From Camelus dromedarius (lineage: Eukaryota): DNA of 64,000 nt. The position numbers and the translations under genes were made by a program. The notes under the pieces were generated by a model, which worked only from the letters and a program-made list of their open reading frames with translations, did no database searches and was not told the DNA's origin. This document shows, piece by piece, positions 13,373-25,000 of this stretch; position 1 is the stretch's first letter; each line of letters begins with the position of its first letter. The DNA lies in the NCBI RefSeq assembly GCF_036321535.1, contig NC_087436.1:1-64000 (forward strand), read 5' to 3'.

Positions 13373-13605
13373 CTGCAACGAACTGCTCGTACTCAATGTC
13401 AGGGATGTTTCTGTTGAGACTTGGGAGGTCAAAGGAGTCGGACCAGGGATCGGGGCTCTGCCAGTGGTAGAGGTGGCCCCAAGGGAATAGCACCAGTACC
13501 GGCTCCTCCATCTTCAGCAGGGTCTTCAGGAGGAAGGCAATGTGGATGCAGACGTTCCTAAGGAGGTTGAAGCCCTCTGGAGGGTTGAAGTCACACAGAA
13601 GGTAC
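13373..13605 (-). pseudogene. POFUT2: POFUT2 (protein O-fucosyltransferase 2) exon 2, degenerate duplicated copy
   Basis: Reads [77 protein letters not shown] against recalled human [83 protein letters not shown]. Acceptor ccag and donor gtgagg are intact; 6-codon in-frame deletion. Confidence 0.95.
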
Positions 13606-13873
13606 CTGGCTGGGAGCAAAGGAGAGCGGGTCTTCAGGGCCAGGCCTCTGCACAGGAATCCCGGCTTAGATAGAACAGATACAACGGGAATCCCTGCACA
13701 GCCCATGGCCTAGACTCCAGACACATTCAGCAGCTTCTGGTTTGTAAAGTGGAGGCACTGCCCACCCATCTCCATGTGGCCAATTACTTCAAGTCCGGGA
13801 GCAGTTGCGGAAGACATCTTGGCATCCGTCTAACACCACTAAGCACCCGACTAGCATCTGAGCACCCGTTCTC

Positions 13874-14346
13874 CAGGGGCTCTCAAACTTCTTGTTCTAC
13901 AGAACCCTATACACTCTTAACAATTACTGAGAACTCCAAAAGGCTGCTATTTATGTGAGTTTAATCTATCACTATTTCCTGTGTTAGAAGTTAAATAAGA
14001 AGTTAGAGAAAGTGTATGAATTCACTTAAAAATATTAACAATCTACTGTATGTTACCATTAATACTCTTAAACAAAATATATTTCTATTTTTCAAAAGAA
14101 AAATCATTAGTGAGAAGAATAGCAGTGATTTTAATTTCTGCAAATCTCTTTTGGACTGGTGAGAGCTGAATTCTCCTATCTGCCTCTGCATTCCCTGTTT
14201 TGTGATATCGCAGGCCAGGTTTTCCCTGGAAAACCCCGCAGGAACTCGGGAGAGCAAGAGTGTGCAAAAGGCAGGTGACATCCCGGCGTTTCTATGAAAA
14301 TGGTCTTGCACCTCAGGGGCCTTGGATACACTTTGATAACTGTTGC
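13874..14346. mobile_element. hAT-Charlie DNA transposon fragment (Charlie4a/MER80-like) in POFUT2 intron 1
   Basis: Ends caggggctctcaaact... and ...cactttgataactgttg, with the internal tacactcttaacaattactgagaactccaaaagg motif. Confidence 0.6.
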
Positions 14347-14759
14347 CCTATCCAAGGCGAGACTCTTCTACACAAGAGCCAGGCAAGGGTCCTGGATTCT
14401 GTAATGAGTTACCGCCAAAACACCCCTCCCTTCTCTGTGTGTTTCTCACAAGCTCCATTACTGCAGATGAGGATGTAATCCTCAACTGGGGCCTCTAATC
14501 CCAGAAGACTGCTAACTTCAAGAGGGAGGGTCCCATCTACCATCCCTACACCCCGCATAGTTTATTTTGAGTCAAGCCCTAGATAACTGCTTATCGGCAC
14601 TGACCCTTGTGTCTTTTTCCTGAGGTTGACTGAAGGAACCAACATCTGGATGGAACTGAAATTTCCCTGCAGATAAACAAGGCTGATAAGCCACCCCATT
14701 CCAACATCTGATTCTGGGGCTCTTCAAAACCCGGGTAAGGCCCCGCTTCATCTAAGATG

Positions 14760-15640
14760 GGTCCTCCGCCTGCCCTTTCCGGGGGGTTCTGGGAGGCCGC
14801 GGCCACCAAGGGCGACCCAGACTCGCGGCCCCAGCCCCATTGCCTGAGGGGGAGGAAAGCTTGAGGCTGTGCCCAAGCCCTGCCCCGCCCCGCCCCAACA
14901 CGCTCCCCGGCACCACAGCCCTCCCCGGCCACCGCCCCAACCCCGATCCCACCCCGGTTCATGTCCGCCGGCCCCGCCGACGGCGCGGACGTACGTTTAC
15001 CGTCTGTGGGACGCCGCCCCAGACAGGATGTCGGCCGCCGACTGACCAGGCCAGAACTAGTCGCCCGGCCGAGCAAGCCGCCATCCCCAGCAGCAAGCAC
15101 CGCCATGGTCCCGGGCAGCTGCACACTTCCGGAGCCCGCTACCCGCCCCAGAAGCGCACGCCGGCCCGCGCAGAGCGTGGCGCCTGTAACCATGGCAACT
15201 CCGCGGGACCCTCCCCTAGCGCTTGCGTCGTGCGTCCTCCCGAGTCTAGTTGTGCGAGGGCAGAACTTGCAGAGCCAATGGGAGCCAGGGCGCAGCCAGG
15301 ACGGGGGTGGGGGGAGGCTTATGGGACAGCTGGGCGGGGCCGGGGAGGGCAGGGCCGCCCGGAAGTCCTGACCTGCAGGTGGCGCCGGCCGGAGGCTGGG
15401 GCGTTGCTGCCACCAGTGGGCGGGGCAGCGGGGCAGCGGGGCGGGGGCACCCTCACCTGTCCGTGTGTGGGGATCAGCCTGGGCTCCGTGGCCTCCGCTT
15501 GCACCGGACGTGGACCCAGGCTACCGGTGGGCAAGATAGAGGACTGAGCCCAGGCACGCACGGCTGGCCAGGTAGGGCACCTGAAGTGCAGATCCGCCAG
15601 GCCCGCTGCCGGCCTTGAATACGCGCTGCTAGGCAGTTTC
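14760..15640. promoter_or_regulatory. CpG island / bidirectional-type promoter of the POFUT2 duplicate
   Basis: Dense CpG. ETS ACTTCCGG at 15125-15132 and CCGGAAGT at 15359-15366 in opposite orientations, RFX X-box GTAACCATGGCAAC at 15186-15199, CCAAT at 15275-15279, several GC boxes. Confidence 0.8.
15001..15106 (-). pseudogene. POFUT2: POFUT2 exon 1 coding part, degenerate
   Basis: Minus strand gaccATGGCG...TAG TTC TGG CCT GGT CAG TCG GCG GCC GAC ATC CTG TCT GGG GCG GCG TCC CAC AGA CG|gtaaac gives [19 protein letters not shown] (human [20 protein letters not shown]). Stop at 15057-15059; deletions in the signal peptide shift the frame. Confidence 0.93.
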
Positions 15641-17869
15641 CAAGAAGACGGGATCTGTCATAAGAGGGGAGGTAGGGCTTGGGTACCAGATGTCGGGTTG
15701 GGTGCAGTCTCACAGGAGAGCCACGGTGAGAGGGCGCAGAGCGGCCCCTGTGTTGGCGGGGCTAAGAGTTTGGGGTATAGGGTCGGGGTGGTGTGTGCCT
15801 TTCTCCGTGGTCTCCTCACTCCAGAGCAAGGGGCTCTGCTTCCCCCCTCCCCTCACTGCACTCCCTGCCTTCCCCAGCACCACCTGGGGTGTGGTCATGT
15901 CGAGGCAGGGAAGGCCCAGGGAAGGGGCTCATTCAGGGGCAGGGGCCACTCTGCAGGGATGCTGGACCTGACAGCAATGCAGTGCTTCGGAACTCCCCTG
16001 GGCTGGGTTTCTAACCAGTGGGATGGAAGGGCCTTTCCTTCCTGGGGTGCATTTGGGGGAACTAGATACGTCATGAATGTCAGCCCTGAAAATGGAGGCT
16101 GTGCTACATCCATTCTTGGAAAGAAAAATCAGGCCCTTCCAGCCCAGGTGACTCAGAAAGTCAGTCAGCAATGTTCGGGGTCCCCAGTTTAGGCTTTCAA
16201 ATAGAGCTGAGCGGCTCAGGAGGCCAGATCCCTGTCCGTGGCTCCAGGAGTAGGCTTTCTGCTGGGGGACAGGATCCTCACAAACACCTGTGTCTTTGTG
16301 GGTCACTCCCCTCTGACAAGCTGGGAGGCAGGGTGCAGTTGTGGGAAATCGTGTTTCCATGAGGAGAGGGCCACCAAGTGGTGGGGGCACAGGAGACAGT
16401 GAGAAAGAGTCCCGCAGCCTTTCTGGAATCAAAAAACTGGCAAATGTGAAAAAGTGCATAATTTGTTTTATTGAACAGGCTGCTTATGTACGTTTGGAGG
16501 GCCAGGTTCAAGGACTCTGCATCCCTCCAGGACAATAGCCTCAAGAGAAGAACAGACAGAGCAGGAAGAGATGTGGGGTTTCTCCCAGGAATGAGGCAGA
16601 ACAGGGATTTCTGCAGATTTGCAAGGAGACCCCGACCGCTGAGCACCGGGTTACAACCCCACGTGACCCTTGTCGTGTTTGGCTTGGGCTCTGGGTCTGG
16701 CCTGATCATGTATTCTTCCAGCTGAGTTCCAGAAATTCAGAGGGTAGACTTAGAGAGGCTGCGTTTGGAACCCGGTGTGGAGACGGAGGGTCCTTTATCC
16801 TGAGTCCCCTCAGCCTAATCACTGTAGCTGAGTTCCAACACCACCCAGGCCCCCAGGGTGGCCGTGGAGGGAGAGCAAGCCTGGCAGGTGACCCAGGGGT
16901 CCCACTGCTGTGCCCCTCCCTTATCTTTGTTCCCTTTCACCCCGGAGGGTGTGATTGTCTCATGTCATGGTGACAAGCCATCTCTCTTCTCTGTCAGGTG
17001 GGATCCCCACCCCCGCTCAGCCTTCTTTCTGCATGGATGCTGAAGGACCAGGCTCACTTGAAGTTCTGAGTTTGAGCAGTAAGGTGGAAACAAAGAAACC
17101 AATGGAAACAAAGAAACAAGTCATTGTGGCAAAGCTCCCCACCACAGAGAAGCTGCCCTGAGTGGAAGGGAGGGTGTGGGCATGCCCATTTGTTTCGTGT
17201 CTCCCAGTGCTCTTCGCTTTCTTATTGCAGACCTGCATGGTTACAACAAAATGATCTGCAAAACTGAAAATATTTACTCTCTGGCTTTTACAGAAAAGGC
17301 TGACCAGCCTCTGGTTCCCGTACCGGTCAACTGATTGGAGTACCTTTCCAGTTTGGAAACATCTGGGCAGGCCCAGGTTTGCAAAATTCTTTAAGAGTAG
17401 TTATGGAGTTTTGCTTCTAAACATTTTTATGGCTCTATACTTCTGAGCTGAGGTTGTGCTGTGTAATTCTGAGCCGGGATTTTCTCAAACTGTTTCTTAT
17501 TTCTTATACCGGACACCCCTAAATTCCAAGGGGAATGGGATGTTAAGGAAGCCATGGAGTTTAGGAAAAAGATACAGATTTCATTTCCATTTAAGCATCG
17601 ATGTATCTCCATCCTAGGCAGTATCGGTTCTGTGGTATTGATAGGGGAACTAAATAGCAACCAAATTTATAGAAAATAGTGGGTCATTGGGTACACAAGT
17701 TCTTCTTTTCAACATTTTTGTAGTGTTTGTAGTTTAAGATGACCGTTCCTGAGAAACAGGCAGCCTCTTAGAATGAAATAGCATTTTCCCTGAACCATAC
17801 TCAATTTTTATTTCGTAGACAGCAGGAAGGGCAATCACACATCCAACACTTGGGGACCTCAAAGATAAA

Positions 17870-20345
17870 ACGTAACTTTCTGGGAGCACACTCCCCCCGT
17901 CTCCCTCTGCTCTTTTCACTGTCCCATTGTCCCTGAAGGCTCTTTTGTATCTTCTGCTCATGACTCCAGTAACTCTTCCTTCTCTTCCCTCAGCTGGTAA
18001 GTTTACTTTTCTACTTTGACCAAGCAAACTGAAGCCAACAGAAGAGAACTTTCACCAGCAACTCCCAGCACATCCGCTCGCCTTCTGATGTCTGTGACCT
18101 CACTCTCGCTGCCCCACCTCTTATTACAGGTGACATCGAAAGCCAGATCATCCAAAAGTCACCAGGGGGCCCATCCATACAATCTTCTCCGGGCTGTCAC
18201 TCCCACATCCATCCTCTCTGTCACTACCTCATCTATTTTGTTCTCCTGCTAGTTGGCTCCTATCAGTATATAAAAGTCCATCCTCTTAAAAGAAACAAAC
18301 AGCACTCCTTGACTCTAATTGGCCCCCACCAATTGCCACCCCATGTCTTTGCAGCAAATCTTTAATGAGTCGTTTAAACTCACTGTCTGCATATTCTCTT
18401 GAGCCATTCCCTTTGGCACCCACTCTGGCTTTCCCCCTGATCCCTCGCTCTATGGAAACTGCTCTGTCAAGGCCATCAGTGACCCCACGTTGCTAAATAT
18501 AGTGGTCAGTTTTTAGTCTTCATCATGCGTGGCCCTTTGGCAGCATTTGACCCAGCTCTTCCATTTCTCCTCCCCCGTGTTCCTGCTTCACTTGGCCTCC
18601 AGCCCATCGCTCTGCTTTCGATCCACTGGCTGGTCTTTTGCCAACGTCTCCTCTTTTTTCCAAATATTTACTGCGAATGTGCCTCGGAGTTGGGTCCTGG
18701 GTCTCTCCTCTATCTCACTGCTATACTTTTGGTGGAAGCAACCAGACTTGGAAATTGACATGCCATCAATTTCTCGATTTGTCCAAAACTCCCTGATTGG
18801 CCTTTTCCATTTGGAACTCTCTCCCTGATACTCATATTCTTTTTCTTTCATTCATCTTGCTTTCACATTCATACATATGTTCTACTGTGTAAATTACTTT
18901 TCCAAATTTTGAATCAGTCCATACATATCATGTGAAATGCTCAGATCTCTATTATTTCCACTAAGATGCTTATTCTACCTTAGAACCTTTCTGCATTTCT
19001 GTATTTATGTCAATAAAGTGAATAGTATTTCTACAAGCCTCATAGTTAAACAGTGTGTTTGTTTGGGGCTACTATGTAACATGAAATAATGATACATCAA
19101 CATAGTCCTTTTTCATTTAATTTTATGTAACACCAAGATGAGGTTTTTGCACTGAAGACTGTTTCATTGAAATTTTACCTACGTTATGGACAGTCAGTTT
19201 ATGTGAAAGCCCTCATTTCTCCCCTTTTCTGATATATTTTCCATTTGGCTATTATAACATATACCTTGGCATGAAATAAAATTCCAAATCCATTCACATA
19301 ATAAAATTAATACATTTAAATTATATTTTTTAATGTTAAAAAGAAAGAAAAAAAACCCCAGACTCCTCTACCTATTAGGCATTTCTGTGGCAATATCTAA
19401 TAGACTCCTTAATCATGACATTGAAGAACTGAGCTGATTCCAGCCCCTTTCCACCTGCTCAGCCCCATCTTGTCCCATCCCCTGTGGATGGAGAGGACAT
19501 CCATCCCATTTTCCAGGTCCAGATGTTGGAACCATGTTCTCTCTCTCTCTTTCTCTTACACACACACAGACAGCAAATCCAGCTTGTTAGAAAATTCTGG
19601 CTACTCTGAAATCATTAACCACATACTCTCTGTTCCCCACCCTCCTAGGAGCCACCTTCAACCCCTTGTTGGACACCAATTAGCCTACTTCTTCCATCTT
19701 TGCTTTTCTACAATCTCATCCACACAGAGTCAGAGGGAGCCTTTAAAAGCATACATTGAGGGGGTGGGTGTAGCTCAGTGATACAGTGCATGCTTAGCAT
19801 GCATGAGATCCTGGGTTCAAACTACAGCACCTTCACTAAAATAAATAAATTAACCTCCTCCCAAGAAAACTCAAAACAAAAGCATAAATTGGACATCACC
19901 CATCCCATCAAAACTCACTAAAAGGGTCACCATTCCATTAGGAGCCAAAGTCGTCCCAAAGTCTTCGAGGACCCGGCCTGCTCTGCCTCTCCGCCCACAC
20001 TCTCCCCACCACTCTGGGGGCCTCTGGCTCCGGCTCTTCCTTCTTCCTCCGGATCTATTCTGCTTCAAGTTCATTACTCCTTGAGATCTGCCAGGATTGC
20101 CTTATTCCCTCCTGCCTGCCTCCCACCCCACCACCATCACCTGAGTTTGCTCATATCACTCTTATTTTTCCCCAAGCTCTTGCTACCCCCATCATGTTGC
20201 CTGTTTTCTCTGCTAAAACTCTGAGCCCCCAGTGATGGGGAGTCGTGTCTATTTTGTTGACTAATAAAGCCCAAGAGCCTTGGGAATGGGTATAGTTACT
20301 AGATTCCCATAAGTAGTAGGAGCTTATACAGATTTGCTGAATGAA
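17870..20345 (+). mobile_element. LINE-2 (RT region to 3' end), interrupted by an AT-rich insert (~18830-19350) and a SINE
   Basis: ggaaactgctctgtcaagg...gttgctaaa...ggtcagttttt...gcagcatttgac is the L2 RT motif ETAL.KV..D...DLSAAFD; 3' end ttgctgaatgaa at ~20340. Confidence 0.75.
19759..19877 (+). mobile_element. tRNA-derived SINE (camelid Vic-1 type) with target-site duplication
   Basis: ggggtgggtgtagctcagtg...gcatgcttagcatgcatgagatcctgggttcaa (Pol III A/B boxes). TSD aaaagcatacattg 19745-19758 / aaaagcataaattg 19878-19891. Confidence 0.88.
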
Positions 20346-20598
20346 AGCAGAGGTCCTGGTCCAATTCGATGGAGCACTTCTGTGTCCTGCTCAAAGATTA
20401 ACTCTCCTTTCCTCCTGAGAGAGGGTGACCACTTCCTTGGTGATCAAAGGCAAGATCTATTTTCTTTATGCTGTTAACCTTAGGCGGGGAGACTGGGGGA
20501 TCTTCATTTATATTTTAAAATTTGATTCACTCTGCAGTTTGTCTCCTGTCTATGTATCCTTTTGAGAAACCATTTATGAGTGATCATTCTTCCATCAG

Positions 20599-23500
20599 AT
20601 TGAACAGGATCCAGGGGGAAGTACCAAGCCTGTCCCATCGGCCATCCTGTGTGTCATGTCCTGTGACCCAGTGGATGCTCAGCACGTAAGTGAACCAACA
20701 GGAGTGAGTGAAGTGATGGGAACATCTCATTATTGTGGTGGCTGCACTCTGTCCGATGCCTTGAGATTTGGGGAAGGGTTTACAACTGCGGAGGCGAGAT
20801 GTCAGGTCCTCTGTGCTCTTCCTGAGTGCCCTGGCCTTACCCATTCCCCCAGTCCCCTCTGGGCAGCCAAGCCCAGGAGCTGGGCCACCGGCGATTGTGC
20901 TGATCAATAATCCACCTCACCCAATGTCCGGGGGTAAGAGCGGCCAGCACAACTGTTTGTAGACTCTGAAGTCAGGTCCTTGGAGGAATTCCTCACTGAA
21001 CAATGTTTTGGACCTTTTATTTTTCTCTATAGCCTCCAGCTGAAGAAACAGATTGCCTTAGGTACATGAAAGGTGAGGACACCTACTATCCCCATGGAGC
21101 GCAGGTGGGGCTGGGAGTCTGCTGTTTGTACAGCCGGTGGGCTCGTGTTGCTTTGGGCATCCCTGTGCCTGAATTCCTGCAGTACACTCGGTGGTAAGAA
21201 CGGGGGTGCCTGGCAGGGAGGGAAGCGGGTCGGGGGACTGCACAGCTGGGGAGACGTTAACCTGGGGTGAGCGGGAGCCGGCTGATGCATGGAATCTCGG
21301 TGCAGGGAACTCTCCAAACTCAGAGAGGTTCCCACTCCCGCAGGGTCCCTTTGATCAGGGTGCTAGGCTGTCAGCACTGCAGGGTCCCTGTGAGGATCAT
21401 GGTGCCTTCAGGCAGTGGGAAGTGAGGGGTCCAGTGGCAATTAAATTAACTGTGCACCCAAAGCCAACCCCCGTCTCTTTCAGCCTGTTTCCTAATCTGC
21501 AAAACTGGAATGATGTTAACCATCCCGCAGGTTTGTTGATGGGCTGGGACACACTAGACTGCCAGGAGCTGGAATTCCTCTGTGCCCTGATTGTAATCCT
21601 TCCTTCACACTATTTACTCTCACAAGTTCAGTCTCTCTGTCTCTCTCATTCACTTGTAACTTTCTCTACTGCTCTGGTTTCATTTGATTCCCACCCTCCT
21701 CCCAATCCCCAGATGAGTGAAATTAATTTCTGTGTGTCAGTTCCAAATTCCCGGGAAAGATGCTCTGTCCCCTCTGGATTGGTTGTCCAACCCATCAGTT
21801 GCAGTCAGAGGAGTGAGTCCCTCTGTGACCAGAGGAGGGGCTCTGCCCAGCCCCCCAGCCACCACTGTGGGAGCACATAGCTCTCCGAGGAGGAGGTACT
21901 GGCTGTGACTTGGTGTCACTAAGTGTGAATTTATCTCTCCTCTTGCCCCACATTCATCCTCCTAAACAAAGATGAAAATTAAACACTCCCGAGATTTGTG
22001 TCATGGAACACTCAGGGTGGGGGCTAAGAGGGCTGGATTCCCTGCTGAGTGTAAGGGGCTACAGTGACTCGCCAACGAGAGCCTGTAAAGGAAACAGCAC
22101 CGGCCCCACTGGACATTAGGGTGCTAAGTCTGCGTGACATTGAGCCAGGCTTCTGACCACAGCTCAGGGGTCTGTTCTGACCGGTTAGTCTTTGAAACCA
22201 ACCAGCTTTGGATTCCTCAATCCCTCCCTGAGGTTTTACCTGAACCACGAGCTTCTGTATCTCTGAAGACAGATGATGAGGACCCTTCACGTAAGGCATT
22301 TGCACAGCCCTGTGCGGGAATTTGTGCTGCACGGTCTGCCCGGCGAGCTGACCAAAGTTCGTATTTTACTGATCTTAGAAATAGTCTGGTTTCCTGATGC
22401 ACTGTTTCACTGAACAAGCAACAGAAGCCACCTCTGGCTGATAAAAGCAAAAAAGGGACTTAATGAAAAGATACTGGGAGGGTGCATGGAGTGGCCCAGA
22501 CCAGAGCCGACCCGGGGGCCGTAGGAGATGTTGGGGAGCCCCAGGCACCAGGCTGCGCAGGGTGCTACCGGGCCCCCTGCTGCCCCAGCAGGGACCCCAC
22601 TCCTCCTGACACTCCACCTCACTGCAGGTTCATGTCCCGGCAGGGCCAGGTCACACTGAAGCCACCAGCACACACCTCAATGGGGGAGTTGGCCCCTTCT
22701 CAGCTGAGGGCGTGCCTGGTGTGGGGAGATGCCCAGTTAGAGGAAGGCGGTTCCCCTACTGTTCCGAGTTAATGCGCAAGTCAGTGTCCATCACTCAGGA
22801 GAGCCGGGCTGGTCGGACCTCATTGTGGTGACTAGGCCGTCTGAGTTCACGTATTACTTTTTAGGTTGGAAGGCCCAAGAGGGAGAAAAAGTGGAGGTTC
22901 TAGTACTTATTTTATATTTCCCATGTACCAGGTGCGGTAAGCAAGCCACTTCAGACAAGGCCCATAACAACCACATTAATAGGCCACGGAGAAAGTCATG
23001 CAGTCAGGCCTCTGCAGCCCCGAAACCCGTGTCCTCATCAGTTCCGTAGTTACCAGTGGAAGTTGTAGGGATTTATGGGACTGTGTGCTCCTGTGGGGGC
23101 TGGGATGTGTGTGTTTAAATCCACATCTTCAGAAACTCGGCCAGAACCACAGCCACTGATTGTCTGCATGGAGGCAGAGGAGGGGAGGCTTCCAGCCTCT
23201 GGTCCAGCTCGTGTGGAGCTCAGAAGTTGCTCCTTCTGTCCTGAAAACAACACCAGAGCTGAGGGAGCTGCAAACCCACTGCTCTTCTTAGATCCACAAG
23301 AAAACTGAGGGGGAAAGCTGCTCCCAACACAGAGAGGCAGCCGGGCAGGCTTGGAGAGTCACAGCTCCCAGGGCAGAACCCGCTTTTGTAAGAACCCCGG
23401 GGGCAGGCAGATTTAACAGGTCCCTGAGGCCAGCTGGAGGCTCAGCGTGGGGAAGTCCGAGTGTGACAACTCCAGGGGGCCAGTCAGAGGGGCCCCCTGC

Positions 23501-24683
23501 TCTTTTTCATGCATTTTACTTCCAGGACCGTTTCCTGTTCTCAGAGTGAAGATCATAGGAAAACTCCTCATGGTTCCTGCCAGGAAAGGAAAAAATAGCT
23601 CTATTGAAATACACCCAGAACATTCTCTTCCATTGTGGGTGGTTGTGTTTTGTTTTTTTTTTTTAATGAGAAATTATTTTCCCAGAGCCTAACCTACCTG
23701 GGGGAAGGGAAATACCTTCTGTGTCACCCAAATTGGGGTGGGGGAAAGAGACACACTTGTGGAGGTCACAGCTCAGGGCACAGGCTCAATGAGAACTAAT
23801 CACAGGACTACAGATGCCCTGCTCTGTCCCACTCCCCCAACACCTTACCTCCATTTCAGTAGGGCCCCTGTGTTATAACAGGAATAAAATTAAAAGAAGT
23901 AAATGTCTCAGGAGTGTCTAGGGAAAACCCAAAGACAGCGGGGAGATGGAAACAAGGACTCACGGGTGGCTTTAGCCTCTCGCACGAATAGCTGTAGCAA
24001 ACTACACACAGCCCAGCCCCAGTAGATAAACAGAAAACCTCACAGAAGAAACTATTTATTTTGGTTCTCTTACCCAGTGCATTCCATGGTGCATCCTCGC
24101 CTAGAATTGAGTGGAAGCAAGTCCATCTCAGAAGGGACATACCTGAAGAGAAATGGCTTTCCAGACTCTGAAGGGCAGAGAAAGCACCAGCCTGGGTTAG
24201 AGAAAGGTGAGGGGTGGGGTAGGGGGTGGGCTGCCTTCTTCCCCAAATAAGGAACCTTCCTGAGGCCAGCACAGTGGGAGGGAGGGCCATAGGGTGGAAG
24301 CAGCCAGACTTCTTCCTGAGAAGTGATAGGATGCCTCCAAGGGACCATTCAGATGCCCAAACTGTGTCCTGATGGTGGGAGCCAGTCGGTCTGCCTCAGA
24401 GCCCAGGACTGAGGTGGGCGCACAGCAGGCCGGTCTTACTTGGCCGGATCAATTTCACTTCTCCGAAACCCTGTGTAAAACATGAAGCGTGGACGACCTG
24501 GTGAGCACAGCTCTGCCCTCAAGACCGGTTTCAACTCCTCTCTTCCCAGAGAACAGCATCTCTGAGCCCGTCCTGGGTGACCTCACAGAGATCACCCTAG
24601 TGGCCCAGGCTAGTGACCGGGAACATGTACCTTCCTGCAGCCAACCCCAGACGTCCACTGATGCATCATATACTGGCAAAGAT
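20599..24683 (+). pseudogene. Candidate exon relics of an unidentified gene (20599-20685, 21033-21072, 22189-22290, 23526-23588, ~24467-24683)
   Basis: The first three have canonical AG/GT(A/G)AG sites and compatible phases (0-0, 0-1, 1-1), splicing into one open frame. The last two have one damaged site each, and the last has a TGA (likely ex-CGA). Confidence 0.5.
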
Positions 24684-24744
24684 GTGAGTTCCTGTGCATT
24701 GGTCTAACAGCAGAGACTGCCACAGGCCCAAGAGGTGGTGTGTG

Positions 24745-24917
24745 GGACAAGCAGGGGTGCAGGAGTGTACGCAGTGCAAAGGTGTAAATGGTGGCAGGGG
24801 TGCAGGGGCTGTGGAGGGTGCAGGCAGTTCAGGGGATGCGGGGGTGCAGGCAGTGCGGAAGGGCAGAGAGTGGCAGGGGTGCAGAGGTACAGGGAGTGTA
24901 GGGGTGCAGGAAGGTGC
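24745..24917 (+). repeat. Degenerate (GCAGGGGT)-type G-rich minisatellite
   Basis: Repeated gcaggggtgcagg / ggggtgcagg motifs. Confidence 0.8.
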
Positions 24918-25000
24918 TCCGGCACGTGGCCAGGGTCAGAAGGCAAGTGCACATCCTCGCAGTCAGCCTGACCCCGGGAGATTAGTGCAGTGGTCTGGGG

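Noticed and set aside
14591..15618. Several overlapping 120-235-aa ORFs
   Set aside because: GC-rich island artefacts; the real homology is the frameshifted POFUT2 exon 1.
19759..19835. tRNA gene
   Set aside because: tRNA-like A/B boxes but with an A-rich tail, TSDs and several diverged copies: a SINE.
23505..23528. Acceptor catgcattttacttccagga nearly identical to catgcattttactttccgga at 53728-53747
   Set aside because: Only ~20 nt of low-complexity acceptor sequence; similarity does not extend on either side.
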